A stretch of DNA of 64,000 bases from Vicugna vicugna (GCA_013265495.1 MU058289.1:2603451-2667450), one strand, 5' to 3'; shown: positions 39,251-53,379, counted from the first letter of the stretch. Notes: generated by a model not told the origin, from the sequence alone. Made by a program: numbers and translations.

Positions 39251-40143
39251 GTAAGTATGAATTCTGCCATGAAAACACCCCTTAAGGCAGAGGTTCCGCA
39301 GTTTGGATGATGAAACAAACCTGATCACTAAGCCCAGTGATTTTCAAATGACCCAGGTGCCCCTAGTCCTCGGGTATATAAACAGGTACATTAAAAATTT
39401 CAAGACAATTCAAATAACTTACAACTTTTGCTCCTTGTTCTGAATTTATCCATGAAAGTCACTGAATCTTCAAGCTTATGCCCTCTACATGTCCTTCATG
39501 CACATTTGTATGTTCTAGATCTGTGGTAACAGACCATACAAGAACCCACTAGCTTATGGGGAAGGAGGAGAAGGCATTTTTCAAGGTGGCTACTGACAAC
39601 AGCGTCTCATTATGGTCCACTAATTCAGAAGTCTGTGGGATCCTTGTGAAGTAAAGGCCCTTTGACACCTTCTGATTGGGGTTTTTTGTGGGGGATGACC
39701 CTTGATTGTGCGCAACTGCCTTGGGCACCTATGGACCGTCCTCAGGGCCAGACTCTTCCTCCCATCCCCAGAGGAAAGCCCCTTAGTCTCTGTCAACCTA
39801 CTCCCTTTGAAGATGAGTAAAACAGACCCAGAATTACAAGGCTCTTGGAATTACAAGTCCGGAGCCATGCAGATAATGCAGTCAAGACCAGACCTAGACA
39901 GCCCGGTTTTACAGTGCAAGGCCCTTTCCTGTGATGAAAACTCTCTGGAAGGAAAATTCATAATTAGGAAGCTGGTGCAATAGACATACACATTTTGTTT
40001 CTCCCCTGCTTAAAACCGCAACTTCAAAGAGCCACAGATTTTCCAAGCTCTTTCCATCCCGCCTCAAAGAGAACACCTGTCACAGCCAAAGTCTGGGTCA
40101 ACCCCAAATATAATGGGACACATTGGAGATTTCCTTCACATGA

Positions 40144-40467
<324 letters not shown>

Positions 40468-43400
40468 TAAATTCTAGGAGCAAGTTTTCTAGTCCCAACC
40501 TGACTCTTCTCTTGAATATCACATTTTAGAGTGGAGTTTGCCCTTCAGTTCACTTTATATTATAGTTTTTGATCCAGTCAGCCATCTCATTATTAATTTA
40601 TTAAGGTTATCAAGAATACCTGTGAACTGTCTCTCTAACTGAAGCGAGATGTCTGATTCTGAGATCTCTCATGCACGCACTTTCTGTGGGCTGGTGGGGA
40701 CCTCTGATTCTGGCCCAGGCCCACTCCTGTGCACATAACCACTAACAGTCCACCTCTGCAGTCTATTTGGGGTCCTTCCCACCTCTCTCCGTGGCTGCTG
40801 TGGGTCCACATACCATTGAGGAAGAAGAATGTATTTTGTTTCGTTAACGTTAGGGGCTTTTTTTGCTTTAAAAACATGCTATTTATTCTTATGATAATGA
40901 CAAGTACAGATGTAAGAAAAAGGTAGGCAAGTGGAGGGCTTCAGCAATTAGGACAAAAATAATGTCTTCAGCTTTAGAATTTTGTTTCATAAATTTGGTT
41001 AGAAGTATTTCTGGCACGACTATCCCCAAGTCCCCGAACTCAGCTGAGACCTGGAGCAGACTGCTGGCATTAGGCGGCTCCACCTCAGTCAAGCATCCAG
41101 CAGGCAAAATCATGATGATAGTAGCATAGATTTTTAAACCTGCACAGTTTCTCAGACAGAAATTAAAAGGATTTGAGAGGAAATAACTGAGACGGAGAAA
41201 AAGAGATTAACATGTGTATAATTGGAGTCCCTGAAGACAAAAATGAAAGTAACAGAATCCTTAAAAGTTATGACTCAAGAGACATTTCCTGAGGTAGGAG
41301 AGGGGACCACAAAGGGAGGGGGAACTTGAACCAACAGACTGAAAGGCATACAGTGTAACTGAGAAATCTGAGCCAGGATGGGCAACAAAGAAACATATTC
41401 TGATAAAACTGTGGAGCTTAAAAAAAATGCTTTGGGTATCCATCTCCTCTTTCCTGTCTTCCTCCACCCCCGTTCGCTTATAATGGAAAGAAAATAATAT
41501 AATCAGCAACACTTCACACCATAAGGCAGTGGGTAACATGCTTAAGATATTCAAGGAAAAAAATGTAAGTTAAATATTTTATATCCAGTCAAACTGACCC
41601 TGAAGAATAAAGTTACCAATGAAAGAACTCAAGGGCATGTATCATTGTATGAGACCTTCCTTCCTAGGGAATCACTAGAGAATGAACTTCAGAAACCAGA
41701 AAGTCATCAGCGCAAGGTGAATATATTCAGTCAAAGAACTAAGACTGAATGATGAGAGATAAAGGTAGCAAAACAGGGCGTAAACGTTAAGGACTGACAA
41801 CGTCATACAAGGAAAATGGAAGAGAAGGCGGGTGAGAGTATGCCGGACAAGGAAAACATGCCCGAGAGCTGTCTTACGAATCCATTAAAGGCAGATGCAG
41901 GGGAAAGAGAAGAATTCCTAGCTAATTTCATTGCTGCTTATTACGGACAATCTGAAAAAGAGAAGCCCAGGGTATTATATCTACTGTAACTCTCAAGATA
42001 AAACCAGTATTTATAGATACCAAAAAATGTATCCAGAACAAGTAAGTGCACACACACATACACACAAAAGGCCAGTTCATAAAAGAACCTGCATATAAAC
42101 ACTTCAATAGGAAGACAAATCAGCATATTTTCCTGGGTGATATTTTCTTGGTAGAATGCTTATTAGGGTTTTTTTTCTATTACTGCTGTTTTTTGATTAT
42201 TCGTTTTTAACATCCCAAAACTTTATAGAATCTACAAATCATTTAATACTCTCATTTCTAGCTGATAATCACATGGGGGAAAAAAATGAATATTTGAATT
42301 CCCAAAATGCAACACTATTTTTAATACATGTGTGAGAAAGGTTTCAAATGGCATTCCAAATCCAACCCAAGTCAGTATCACCTGTAGGCATACTAATAAA
42401 TGTGAGGCATGTGTGTCTCAGATATTGGGAAACATGTTATTGCATTAAAGGTAACCATTTACTAAAAATCATACTAATTGATCACAAGGAAATCATTTTT
42501 TAAGCAGTTTACTTCCAGGTATAATACAGGTTGGAGATAACATATACACTTATTAGCTTTTCGTTATATTTGAAAACACTGGTTGGAAATCTGGAGTTTC
42601 ATTTGATATGTAAATTTTCCCACTTAAAATAAAGGAAGTAGCCCCTGGCCAAAGTCTCCCCATAGAATGTCATTCTTTAAGGGCAGAAAATTGACAGTAA
42701 GTAAAAGATGCCTGTATATAGAAATATAAAATTATGGAGACCAGACTTGCCAGTTATATAAGTAAATTGGCTTATGCAGTTTAAATGGGTTTAAATCAGC
42801 CATTAAATATTTTTTTCAGGCATGTTTACAAAGCTGGGAATTCAAAATAAAAGGATAGGCAAAGAAATGCCAAGCAAATGAAAATACACAGAAAATAGGG
42901 GTTGTGACCTTATCAGACAAGCACTCAGGCCCCAGCACAAGACAAAGACCATCTAGTAATGCTAAAGGCTAAAATTCACAATAAAGAGTTAACAGTTATG
43001 AAAACCTATTCACCAAACCACATAGTAATCATTTTTACGAAGCAGAAACTATAGGAAATACAAGGAGAAACAGACATGCACACTAATAGGAGATTTTAAA
43101 ACACCTCTCTCAGTCCAAGACAGATCGAGGCACATCACTAGTAAAAGTGACAGAAAATCTAGAAAAATATATATAACAAGGTACATCTTAGAGATTCGTA
43201 TCAAACTCAATCCCCAAAATATCAAACACACTTTTTCAAGTGCATATGGGACATGCCTGAAATTGACAATCTTTGATGCCACAAAGGAAAACCTTGATAA
43301 AAAATTAGAAATAATACAAATCACATTCTCTATAATGCAATAAAACAGGAAATTTTAAAAATTAAACTTCTCAATCCAAAAGGAAACAGGAAATGAAAGT

Positions 43401-44228
43401 ACATAAATTCCTAAAAATAACAATGAAAACAAGACATAATCTATGATCGGTGCTTTAAAGAAATTCCACTACATTAAACACTTATATCAATAAAAATGAA
43501 AACAAGTAAACAGGCAACTCAAAAGGCCAGAGAAAGAACAAAGAAAACCAAAAGAATGTAGAAGGAATTAATAAACGTAAAGAAAGAACTTAAGGTCCTT
43601 AATTGGATTATCTGATTTTTAGAATTTCTCCATGAGTTCTGATTCTGCTGGGGCTAGTTTTAGTAAACTATATTTTTGTAGAAAACTGTCCATTTCATCT
43701 AGGGGTTTGCATTTATTTGTATAGAGTTGTATAAAATAGTTTATGATTTTAAAAAACCTTGTACTGGAGATTATTTCCCATTTTTGTTTCTTATTTGTGT
43801 GTTTTGCTTTCTTTGTTTTTAGGTTAGTTATAGGTTGTTTTACGGATTTTTTCAAGTTATTTTTATGGACTATAACACTGATACCAAACTTCGCAAAGAT
43901 AGCACAAAAAAAGGGAAAAGAGAAAAAAGAGCAATCTCACTTTTGAATATTAATATAAAAATCTTCAATAAAATTATTTAACAAATAGAATCCAATTACA
44001 TCAAAAACATATCATGATTAAGTGAAGTGTATGTAAGGATGGGTAAAGATTAGAAATCCATTAATTATGAATTTAATTCATGGTGGATATAATTCATCAT
44101 ATTACTAGACCTATGGTGAAAACCCCTATAATTACCTCCCACAGATACCAAAGACAACCAGATAAAATTCAAGATACATTACTGGTGAGGATACAAGTAG
44201 GAATTTATAACAATTTCCTTGGCGTGAT

Positions 44229-44247
44229 CACACACACACACACACAC
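44229..44247. repeat. (CA)n microsatellite
   Basis: cacacacacacacacacac seen directly. Confidence 0.85.
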
Positions 44248-44671
44248 CCTACGGCAAAAAGCAATTAAATTGATAAGGTAACACTAGAGAGATCTGTACT
44301 TAGATGAAGACAAGAATGCCTTCCTTCTATTTCTATTTAACACTGTCCTGAAGATATTAGCAAGGCAGTTAGACAGGAGAAAGCAGTGTGCAGCATGAAG
44401 GTTAGAAAAGACGTTCAAAAGTCTCTCAAGCCTTCTCCTTTCAAAGAAAATAGAATTGTACATCTGGAAAACCCAAAAGGATCAAAGAAAAAATACATAA
44501 TAAAGTAATGATGTGAAATTAACACACTGAAATCGATAGCCTGTTTACAAAATGAAATCCAGTGAAAAGACAGTGAAAGAGAACACCTGATCCCAAAAAG
44601 AAAAAATTAAAAAGACCCCTAGCCATAAACTTAACAAGAGGTTAGACCTCTCAGTGGAGCTCACTAGGTCT

Positions 44672-44774
44672 GTTTATTTATTATTATTATTTTTTTAATG
44701 GGGGTACTGGGGATTGAAGCCAGGACCTCATGCATGCTAAGCATGCACTCTACCACTTGAACTATACCCTCCCC
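44672..44774 (-). mobile_element. tRNA-derived SINE of the same family
   Basis: gggtactggggattgaagccaggacctcatgcatgctaagcatgcactctaccacttgaactataccctcccc with a T-rich tail. Confidence 0.85.
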
Positions 44775-47123
44775 TCTAGACTCAGTGGAAAAGTAAAACT
44801 CTCTTCAAAGACAGAAAAGGTAACTTGAATAGATGGAAATCTGTACCTGTTTTTGGATAGGCAGACTCAACATCACAAGTGTCACTGTTCCTTAATTTAG
44901 ACATTTAATGCAATTGCAATAAAAAACACCGTCTAATTTTTTTTTCTGGAGTTAGATGAATTGATTATAAAGTTCATACTGAAGAAACTAGTAAGAATAG
45001 CCAGTAAAAATAAAAATGAGAAAAATATCAAAATCTAAAGGTTCTAAAATTTAAGTATGGTGTTGATGCATGAACATAATTACTTAGTAATCCAAGAATG
45101 GGGAGGACCCTTCCTATGACTCAAAATCCAGAAGTAATAAAAAAGGGGGCAACCATAACCCCAATAAAATAAAAATTTATCTATTAAAAAAAGTTGAAAA
45201 CACATAAATATAATATAATGGGGAAAATATGTGCAGTAATATCACAAAAAAGGACCAAGATCCCTAATTTAAAGTTCCTAAAAATTGAAATGGAAGTTAC
45301 TAACATTTGAAATGGACAATAAATATAAATGGACAAAAGATATAAAAAAAAGAAAGTTCAAAGGAAAACTTCAACATGAAACAAATGAACCCCAGCAAAC
45401 TCACTTTTGTTCCTAACAAGACAATGCATACCAAAATTCTAATGAGATATCATTTCTTGCCTGTCAGATGGGCAGAAATCCCACAGTTTGGCCACACTCC
45501 CCTGGTGATGCTCTGGGGAAACAGCCTTCTCACATACCGCTAGAGGATTACAAACGGGATGGCCCTATGGAGGTACACCTGGGGCACCCAGCAGAACTAG
45601 ACATGCATTTACCTTTTGACCCAGCCACACCCCATTTGAGGCAATCTAGCCCGAAGTGAAATGGACCAAATATAAAATATACAAAGTTATTTATTGCAGC
45701 ATTGATTGTAATAGCTCAACACAACCCAAATGTCAAAGGGAGATGGGTTGGATACATTTTGGAACATCCACAGAGTGGTATGCAGCAGTTAAAAAAAAAT
45801 GGATGAGTAACTTTATATAGCACTATGACGTTGTCTCTGGACTATATTAATGGAAAGAAACAAAACTGATGCAAAACAGTCTTTTATGCATTTGCTACCT
45901 TTTGTATGAGCGAGACGGAGATGAACAGTTCTATGCACATTTGTGCACAGAGGTGTGTTTATTCTCAAAAAGAATTAAGGGAAGAATGAAAGCAAAAATC
46001 AAGAAAAAAGTAACAGTATTTTTAAAAATTAAATATAAAATGGAACAATCAAATCCCTAAAAACTGAAAACAAGTGGGGATAAAGAAACCTTACTTTATG
46101 ACAAGTACATGACATAACCACACAGGGAACATAATTACTACAACTGATATTAAAGTGTGGGGATTTGGATGGATCTCCCTAGTGGCTTATACTCTGTGGT
46201 TTAAAAAGAACTGCAAAAAAACCTTGAACTTGACACTATTGCTGATAGTAGCAGTATTGGTATGGTTATTTTCAAGTTCATTATAGGTACATCGTAAGAT
46301 AAAGAAAATAATTATGTTGAAGCCATTAAGATTTTCAGAAGCATAAAGAAAAAAGATGTAAGTCTAAATAAAGAAAAGGAAGGAAGCACAATCTCACATT
46401 TAAGTCAGAACTATCAGTATAAAATTGATGAATGTTTTTCCCTTCTTAAAAAAAAAAAAACTATCTCTGTTCTTGCAAAAAGAACACTGAGCACTCCAAT
46501 CCCGTGGATTATGGATTCTAAAAACCATTTCCTACCAAAAGGGAACAACTCCCTGGAGGAATGGGGGAATCCAGATCTGGTGGCATTGGATTCCTCCCCT
46601 GAAACCATGATTGAGTTTAGAGATTCAGGTGACGTTCAGACCTTACACGCCTCATGACGTGTTACAAGAGGAAGTGCACTGCTCCAGCTACAAAGTACTC
46701 CTGCCTCCAATCTAGCCACCAGCTGACAGGAAGCAGAGGGGACAGAGGAGCAAGTTGTCAGGCAAAGCTAGAATGAAGACCTTGTATAGGTAAACCGTCC
46801 AATTCCTACAACAAATTAATAGCAAGATAAAGAGAAGAGGGAACAAACATGTTATAAACAGAAAGTTGTCATCCATTAGAGGCGCAAACTGACTTTTACA
46901 CATAAAATGACAGGATGGCATTTAAAAAAAATATTCTAGAGAAAAGAAAAAAATAGATGAAATAAGTGGTAATTTTATTTACAAATGACTGAGACTGGAG
47001 GAGGGGCACACGGAGTTCATTATATTCTTCTTTCTATATCGGTGTTTTGTTCTGAATGAAAATTTACAAAAAGACAACAAGTGCATGTGGCCAAATCATG
47101 ACACCATGTTGTTTTGCCTGCAG

Positions 47124-47298
47124 GTGCCCATTTTCATCCCCATCTTGGTGACTCTCTTATCCGTGTTTTTGGTTTTGGCTCCAATCATCACCCAGCCTGC
47201 ATGGGAGTATCTCTACTGTGTGTTATTCATACTCAGTGGCCTTCTGTTTTACTTCCTTTTCGTCCACTATAAGTTTCGATGGGCTCAGAAGATCTCAA
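47124..47298 (+). CDS. SLC7A9: SLC7A9 exon 12
   Basis: ctgcag| acceptor; [59 protein letters not shown]|gtaagt donor. Confidence 0.97.
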
Positions 47299-49071
47299 GT
47301 AAGTATAGGTGGAGGGATGGCTTTGCAGCAGGTCAGGCCCAGCCCCCCGCAGCCTCACCTGTCCTGATCCCTCCAGGGACGGCTTATCACAGGAGCTCAC
47401 GCAGCTAACAAATTTCACTTCCTCTTTGGGAGGACCTGTGACCCATTCCCCTCAGTGTGATACCTCTGGGTCCACTGTGGCCTCTTCTTTTGTTTCCATC
47501 AATCCCAGTAACAAATAGGAAGAGATAGCACCATTTTTTTTCCTTTCTTTAAATGTAATTTACACATAACCATCGTAACCATCTTTAAGTGTACAGTTCA
47601 GTAGTGATAATACACATTCGTGTCAGTGTCCATCCCATCTCCAGAGCACCGCCTGCCTTTGCCTGATACACAGGCGTCATCTGAGGGGCCCAGCAGCATC
47701 CCAGAGACACCCAAAAACAGAGCTGGCACAAGGGCCTGAGCCTTCCAACAAGGCTGCAGCTCTTGCCTTTTGCTCAGCAGTGCTGGTCCCTCATCTGTTT
47801 TAGGACAAAAGCGTAAAAGTTTAGTTACGTTAGCCAAGCACGGATGGCAAAGTACAGCAGAGGCTCAGAAGTCCCCAAGTGTGTGTCATAGTCACAGCGT
47901 GTCACCCCACACGGCACAGCCGACTGCAGGGCGCTCGCTCACAAGGCCTGCCAGTCTCCCGCGCCCCTCCCCAGGCCCACTGTGACCCACCGCCTCGCCT
48001 CACCTGGTCTCCCTACCTTAACTTTGAGTTCCCCGGAGGCAGGAACTGGGCTGTCCAACAGCCACTTAATACTGAGTAAATGTGATTTAAAAATCTGCCT
48101 CATCCTTTCTCCTTCAGCTTGTCTGAACAGGGAAGTACAGGCATCCCTTTAGGCAAGCCTCTGTGGGGTATTTTTTGGTTTGGGGGTTTTGTTTTTTTAC
48201 ATGCAACTCAGAGGGACATACAAGGTACCAAAGAGTGAAACCCAACTGCAAGGTGGAGAAGCTGGGCCCTGCGACTGAGCCAGCTCCCTCCTCCATGTCC
48301 TCACCTGTGCAATCTGGTACCACCCCTCACCTGACAGCGGTGTTACAAACAAGAATGAATCTGTTTCCTGCTGATTAACAAAGTGAAACCAAAACCAAAA
48401 TATGGCTTTATTATTTCCTAAGGACTTTTCTCCTTTCTTGAACTAGCTCCCGCTACCCACAACCTCTTTAAGCCCTAAACTGAGAGAGGGCTTGCAGGCA
48501 CGCTACCGTAGAAAGGAAAGAAAATGTATCACTATCAGAAAAGCTGCCACTTTTCCCCATGTGTGACAATGAATTTGGATTTGATCACACTGACAGACAA
48601 TCTAGCCCGGGTAATTTACAACCTAAAGTTCCAAATTACGTCTTCTTTCTCAGCTTTAGAATATTTAGGCAAGCTGTTCCCTACAAAAACCGGTAAGAAG
48701 TTGGAATTCAGGATGTTAAAAGAATGAACAACGTGCATTTTAAACAAAACAGGCTTAGTGACTATCAGATTAAATACTCAACCCTGGTCAGTGGTAGTTA
48801 AAGACACACATATAATCGAGTCATCCATCGTTTTCCTTTGGAGCAAATGGTTTGGTGGCAATAAAAATAATCAGTAGGTTCCTAATGCTTTAATGGGAAA
48901 TAACGTCTCTCCCAAGAACCACCGTGGCTCCCAGGGATGCTCTGCCTCCCTCTGCCCAGCAGGGTCCCCTGAGTGTGGGCCGTTGGCAGAGACATTCGGC
49001 CAAGGAGGAAGGATGAGCGCGGCGAAGCCAGCCGTGGGGGACAGTCTTCTCACTGCACTTTTCCACTCCAG

Positions 49072-49136
49072 GGCCCCTCACCATGCACCTCCAGATGCTG
49101 ATGGAAGTCGTCCCCCCGGAGGAAGCTCCAGAGTAG
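49072..49136 (+). CDS. SLC7A9: SLC7A9 last exon, coding part
   Basis: ctccag| acceptor; (R)PLTMHLQMLMEVVPPEEAPE then TAG at 49134-49136. Confidence 0.96.
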
Positions 49137-49357
49137 CGCGCCCAGCCTCCTGTGGCCAAATCCATGCTGTGGTTAATTTATTTTTAGAAGCAGTATCTGT
49201 GGTATGATTTAGCTCTCCTTAGTTCTCTGGGCGGGTGTCTGCTGAAGTCAGCAGGCAAGGCTGGGACCTGGCGGCCAGCTGGTGGCCAGGGAAGGGCTGA
49301 ATTAGAACAGCCACCACCACGCGGTGACTTTAACAAGGGGCACGTCACAGCGACTTC

Positions 49358-49363
49358 AATAAA
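49358..49363 (+). terminator. Probable SLC7A9 polyadenylation signal
   Basis: First AATAAA about 220 nt after the stop codon, followed by GT/T-rich sequence. Confidence 0.7.
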
Positions 49364-49772
49364 GGGTATTCTTGAAACTCGGTGACCAGTAAGGTGTACA
49401 TATATATATGTATTTTTCTTATAAAATTGGTGAAACTTGCTTTGATTGAAATAGATTTTTTAAATACTAAAGTACAAATGTTTTACTGCCACCCCCCGCC
49501 CCGGCCACCCCTCCTGTATTTCATTGGGGATGCACAGGGCAGGTCTGTCCCAGGCTGGATGCTGAGGCCCTGACTGCAAAGCTGACCGTCCAGGACCATC
49601 CTCAGACTGTGTCCACGAGGGGCTCAGCATCACAAGTGTCCCGACAGCCTTCTCTGGCATTTTGGTCAAACCAGAAAGTGTGGTATATGAAATTCTATTT
49701 TGCATTTGGCACTCAGGGAAAATACTGTCTTAAAAAAATGGAAAAGTAACATTTCTGTGCGAACAGTGGAAT

Positions 49773-49778
49773 TTTATT
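49773..49778 (-). terminator. Candidate TDRD12 polyadenylation signal
   Basis: AATAAA on the minus strand about 2 kb after the TDRD12 stop, in an AT-rich UTR-like segment. Confidence 0.4.
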
Positions 49779-50639
49779 GATATGCTGCAAAGACATTCAC
49801 ACCACAATTGACTAAGTATGTGAGCAATTTTAGAAGCATAGAGACAAAAGTACTTTTACCCTGCATTTCAGAAGTTTTCCCAAAACATGGAATCAGTACA
49901 TATTAATAGTAAAGAACAAAAGACAATTAGTAATTGTTTACATCTCACAAGTCAGTGTCCTATGTCCTACAAAATGTTATTCAGAACCTCAAACTGCAGT
50001 AAATTTTAATGTCTGAAAAAAGAAATTGAGATTTAAATGTGTGGCCCTCCTCTGCCCAATACTTTCATTCAGCTGTCAGTGAACCGCACGAGAGAATCAG
50101 CATTACGTCTCTGAGAGCGGGACCCCCCCCCACTTAACATGGGAAACACACACTTGTGCAGCTGTTACCCGCTACTATCATTTGCTCCAGCTTACAAAGG
50201 AGACAACACAGCCCAGCACACACTGCAGGTGGCCAACAGCCTCAGGGGAAGCCAGTGCAGCTCAGGAGGCTTGGCCGCCAACCCAAAGGCCTCCCCAGCG
50301 GGAGCAAAGTTGTATCTACAGAAACAGATCCGTGATGAGGATGTCAAAAGAGCTTCGCAGAGTCAGAACCTTTGCCAGGAAAAGACACCAGAACTTCGCG
50401 CTTCCCAAGGGCCTGCCCAGTTTAGCCAAGAGGAGGGTGAGTCACTCCCCGTCCACTTCACGTGCCAGTCGGACACCTGCCAGTCCACTCGCGGGAGTCC
50501 CAGGGCAGCAAAGGTGCACTCCCAGCAGTGGTCCAGGCTGGACGCTGCATCATCCCACCAGAGGACAGCGGCCTGTCCCGCCCCGCAGTGCTCTGGGGGC
50601 CCCCCTGAGGCCAGGCAAGACCCCACAAGGAGCAGAGTA

Positions 50640-50695
50640 TCTTATTTTACAGATGAGGAAACTGAGAGCCAGAGGGTGACCCACACCTGCTCACA
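50640..50695. mobile_element. MIR core fragment
   Basis: ttattttacagatgaggaaactgag matches the MIR core. Confidence 0.6.
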
Positions 50696-51739
50696 GGACA
50701 CGACAGCTTGATGACAGCATTCACCTCTCGCTCAGGTGGTGGTTTACACCCGAGACAGACACAAACGTGGGCACCTGTGCCTTCTGATGTATAAAATGAC
50801 TACAGATCTTGGGGACAGTCACAGCAGTCACGTCCTATCGACGTTCTCCCACTTCTGGGCACGGCTGTCGGGCCCAGGGACGCGGTGCTGGGGGGTCCGT
50901 CTCCCAGCAGCTCTCCTGGCCTCTTCAGTTCACGGGAGGCGGCGCTGACAACACACATGCCTCTTGATAAACCTGGTGCTCCTGGGCGCCGCAGCCTCAC
51001 CCCAGGATGGGGCCGTTGAGTGTCTGCGGGGCTCACCACACGCAGGTGTTCTGAGGGTTACCCCCAGGCACCCCGCACGGCCTCTCAGTTTGCCCAGGAC
51101 CCTGCAGGTGCCGGGCTTCCTCAGGAGCACCGGCTTTTCCCCCAGCAGCCCTGGGTGGGGCTGGTTTTGCTGAGGCCACCCCCTTCTCATCCTCGGACCG
51201 CCTTGTCACGAGAAGTGAACCTACCTTGGGTAAGTGTCAGTATCTAGAGATTATCAGGTGTACTAGCACACAGACAGTTACGTGGAAACCCAACTAACCA
51301 AGCCGCGGTTGAAAAGGTCTGTTAAGCAGTGCAGGGTATGACCTGTAAGACAGAAACCTCCACTTACATGCACAGGACCAGGTTTTAAGGAATGCACCAC
51401 ATACAGACCTCAATGAAAAAAACAAAACAAACTGACTCCAGATGGAACAAACTCGTCGCCCACGTGCATGGCGTGCCGTCCCTCCGCTTGAATGTGCCGA
51501 GGGCTTCGCGGGAGAAGCGGCGCGAGCGCGGCTGCCAGTCTTGCACCGCGTATCTGCTTCCACCTTCCCTCCACAGTCTCCTCGTCAGCCCACGTGCAAA
51601 TCAGTTAAGAATTTTTTTGCCATTATTTACCCTTGAGATGAAAAAATTTTGAACATGACTGCCTCTTTTCTTAGCTTTCAGTCACGTGTCCGTTTCTGTT
51701 CAGAGGCCCCTGGCTGCCCCGCAGGTCTTCATTCACGTC

Positions 51740-51831
51740 TCATTCACTCTCGCTCTCGTCTTCCTCCGAAGACTCGTCACTGGTGTCAATCAACTGTGCC
51801 GCTTTGCGGGGCAGGTTTTTCGAATTTACAA
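51740..51831 (-). CDS. TDRD12: TDRD12 last exon, coding part
   Basis: ctcttag| acceptor; (V)VNSKNLPRKAAQLIDTSDESSEEDESESE then TGA at 51742-51740. Confidence 0.88.
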
Positions 51832-52265
51832 CTAAGAGTTAGATATTATTTTAAAATATGTTAATAATTATAGACTAATTAGCAAATCTTTTCCCCCATT
51901 ATCTGGTCAATGCAGAAAAAGTCCCTTGGGTTCTAGCTCTATATTTTGCGGCTTATTTTCGTTATTTTAAGCAAAAAATGAGCATGTAAAACTTTCCTGC
52001 TTACAAATAAATTATCTTCCTAGGAGAGATATTTGTAAAAGTGTTATAAGAAGGTATGTTTATAAACCAAGCATTGATGTCTCCTCAAACTAGAACATTT
52101 GGCACCGAGATCAACCCCAAGGAGAAAACGAATTCCCAAGGGCTTCACAGTAACAGACCCATTTCCACAAAGGCCTCATTTCTAAAGTCAGCCGAGTGAG
52201 GTGTCCACCCCTAGGGGGCGTCCGGGACCTACAAGTCTGCCAGGAAGTGCGGGCCCCCGTCTCAC

Positions 52266-52338
52266 CCTTGGAGAAGTGGCTATCCTTATCCTCTTCACAG
52301 TCTTCCCAGTGGTCAAAGTCAAAAGCCACATTGGGGTT
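52266..52338 (-). CDS. TDRD12: TDRD12 penultimate exon
   Basis: aacag| acceptor; NPNVAFDFDHWEDCEEDKDSHFSK; G|gtgaga donor. Confidence 0.9.
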
Positions 52339-52422
52339 CTGTTCAATATAACAACTGACATTAAGTGAGAGAGTCACACACACTCAGGGTGTTCAGACCA
52401 GGCACAGCCGACTTCCACTCAC

Positions 52423-52576
52423 CCGCTGTCTGAGCAGGCCACGCCAGGATTCCCTCCTCTCTTTGGCAAGAGTGATGATGGGTTCATCATGCTCGATGAC
52501 GCATTTGCAGTCATCTTTTATGATGTTGGCCTGCAGCTCCATATCAGCCAGGTAAAATTTCTCTCCCACCCAGGCA
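52423..52576 (-). CDS. TDRD12: TDRD12 exon (CS domain, C-terminal half)
   Basis: tctag| acceptor; [51 protein letters not shown]; |gtgagt donor. Confidence 0.92.
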
Positions 52577-52662
52577 CTAGATTTACAGAAAGAAGCTGAG
52601 TCAGCCTCCTACAAGGTTAGAAATTACTTCTATTTTACTTTAAAAGATATACATAAACCCAC

Positions 52663-52776
52663 CTGAAAACGACTCTATCTCTAAAATATTTACATTTGTA
52701 ATCTTTTACATTCCTTATTTTTATCTTCAGTATGACCACGTCCTCCTTTTGGAACCACTTTATCTGTGGGTGGAAG
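52663..52776 (-). CDS. TDRD12: TDRD12 exon (CS domain, N-terminal half)
   Basis: cttctag| acceptor; [39 protein letters not shown]|gtgggt donor. Confidence 0.92.
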
Positions 52777-52859
52777 CTAGAAGCAAAGGAAGAGGGTCAC
52801 ACACTCCTCACCGTTTGCTCACCGGCAGGGAGGGGAGGCGGGGTGTGGTGATGGCTTAC

Positions 52860-52920
52860 CTTTTCAGAGGCGCTGTAGTTTTGTTAATGGAAGCATCTCC
52901 AGTGTTTTCAGATGAAGTTT
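52860..52920 (-). CDS. TDRD12: TDRD12 short linker exon
   Basis: ttttgtacag| acceptor; (E)TSSENTGDASINKTTAPLK; AG|gtaagc donor; phase 1 in, phase 2 out. Confidence 0.8.
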
Positions 52921-53379
52921 CTGTACAAAAAGTCAAATTTTACAATAGGTTATTTATATGTGACTCCATAATATATGTGTATATATATATGTATTTTTTG
53001 CACTTTATGCAACTTTAGCTGAGAAACCACTAAGAGTATAAATTTCACAGTAACCGAAGAATCCAGCTGCAAAAAATAATTAGAAAAATTAAAATGCACA
53101 TCACTTAGCAAAACTAATAAAACGAGTATTACATTAATAAAACAAGTATTTGCTTGACAAATATTACAGCTAAACAACCGGGAAGGTACATCCTCTGATT
53201 AGGAAGGGCGTCACAGTCGTAACCACAGGATACAGATGAGCAGGCACGTCTGCTGTCTTAACCTGCTCGGACCCCAGTAAAGAGGACTTCCAGAACAGTA
53301 TCCAATACACATAAGGAACCAACGCTGAACAGAACATTTTCCAAAACAATGCAATTGAAACTTCTCAGTCTGAAATGTC

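Larger units (their letters stand above)
41150..46050 (+). mobile_element. Ancient degenerate L1 in SLC7A9 intron 11, with an internal inversion and a SINE insertion
   Basis: Colinear L1 motifs: ataattggagtccctgaag, tatccagtcaaactg, acactgataccaaac, tggaaaacccaaaaggatc, cttttgacccagc. Confidence 0.7.

Noticed and set aside
50139..50711. 190-aa plus-strand ORF between SLC7A9 and TDRD12
   Set aside because: No recognisable homology, ends in a MIR fragment, and probably lies antisense within the TDRD12 3' UTR.
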